A program made the translations under genes and the position numbers. From the NCBI RefSeq assembly GCF_001194135.2, contig NC_068982.1:50344496-50408495 (forward strand): a DNA stretch of 64,000 nucleotides, written 5' to 3'. Below, in pieces: positions 63,471-64,000 of this stretch; positions within the stretch are counted from its first letter, which is position 1, and each line of letters starts with the position of its first letter. The notes beneath the pieces were generated by a model. The model worked only from the letters and a program-made list of their open reading frames with translations. It did no database searches and was not told where the DNA came from. Origin of the DNA: Octopus bimaculoides (lineage: Eukaryota).

Positions 63471-64000
63471 GCTGTTGATATTAGTATATAGAGTGAAATA
63501 CGAGGATCATGACAAGGTGTAGCAGTTATATTTTTAACTCCCAAATCTCCCAATTTTTACTAGGCCTATTGTGATCCACAGGGCTTTCATTTGAGAATCA
63601 CTGGCTTAGATACTGATGTCGACATAGATAGCTTCATAAAGTTTTAGTGCAGCAACAATTTGATATAGAGCTTATTCTGAATGAAATATTCTCCCTGACC
63701 ATCCATGTTCTCTCTTAGAAGTTTAAAATCTCTCAAGTCACCTCACATTGGAACCATGGAATCATTCTGCCCTTTCAGCTCTAGCTGCAACATTGAAATT
63801 CTATTAGGAACCATCACAACAACTACATTTCCATTAATAACAGTCCTGTACTTAGCATGAAATATTGTCCACATCTTTTTATCATAATTCTGGTATCAAT
63901 ACTTTGTCTCTCTAAGGATAAAACCCTTGAAGCATAGTGTTCTTCACAAATCCCTTATAACAAATGTATTGAACATTCAACTAGTTCGGTGTCTCCATGT

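Overview
AT-rich, gap-containing eukaryotic DNA dense in microsatellites and tRNA-derived SINEs. By inference from the repeat families it is a coleoid cephalopod, most likely Octopus. One host gene is well supported: a + strand secreted Ly6/uPAR three-finger (quiver/scoloptoxin-05-like) gene. Its signal-peptide exon (19964-20024) joins in phase, across a 25.3-kb intron, to a Cys-rich exon (45360-45524); later exons were not found. Most of the rest is transposon debris: at least four SINE families, RTE and CR1/Jockey-like LINE relics, a Gypsy gag-like relic, mariner/Tc1 relics, and hAT-, piggyBac- and GG-terminated MITEs. The most unusual signals are two unrelated non-coding elements flanking exon 2 that carry minimal type I hammerhead-ribozyme motifs of the Penelope/retrozyme kind. 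The first is a 351-bp tandem/inverted unit with an intact CUGAUGA...GAAA...GUC core (46249-46994). The second is a head-to-head pair of tRNA-headed SINEs whose body holds a CpG-decayed hammerhead (43902-44295). A sharp onset of CpG decay about 2 kb downstream of exon 1 suggests gene-body methylation. Almost all ORFs in the supplied track are microsatellite, gap or repeat artefacts. All alignments and family assignments were made by eye.
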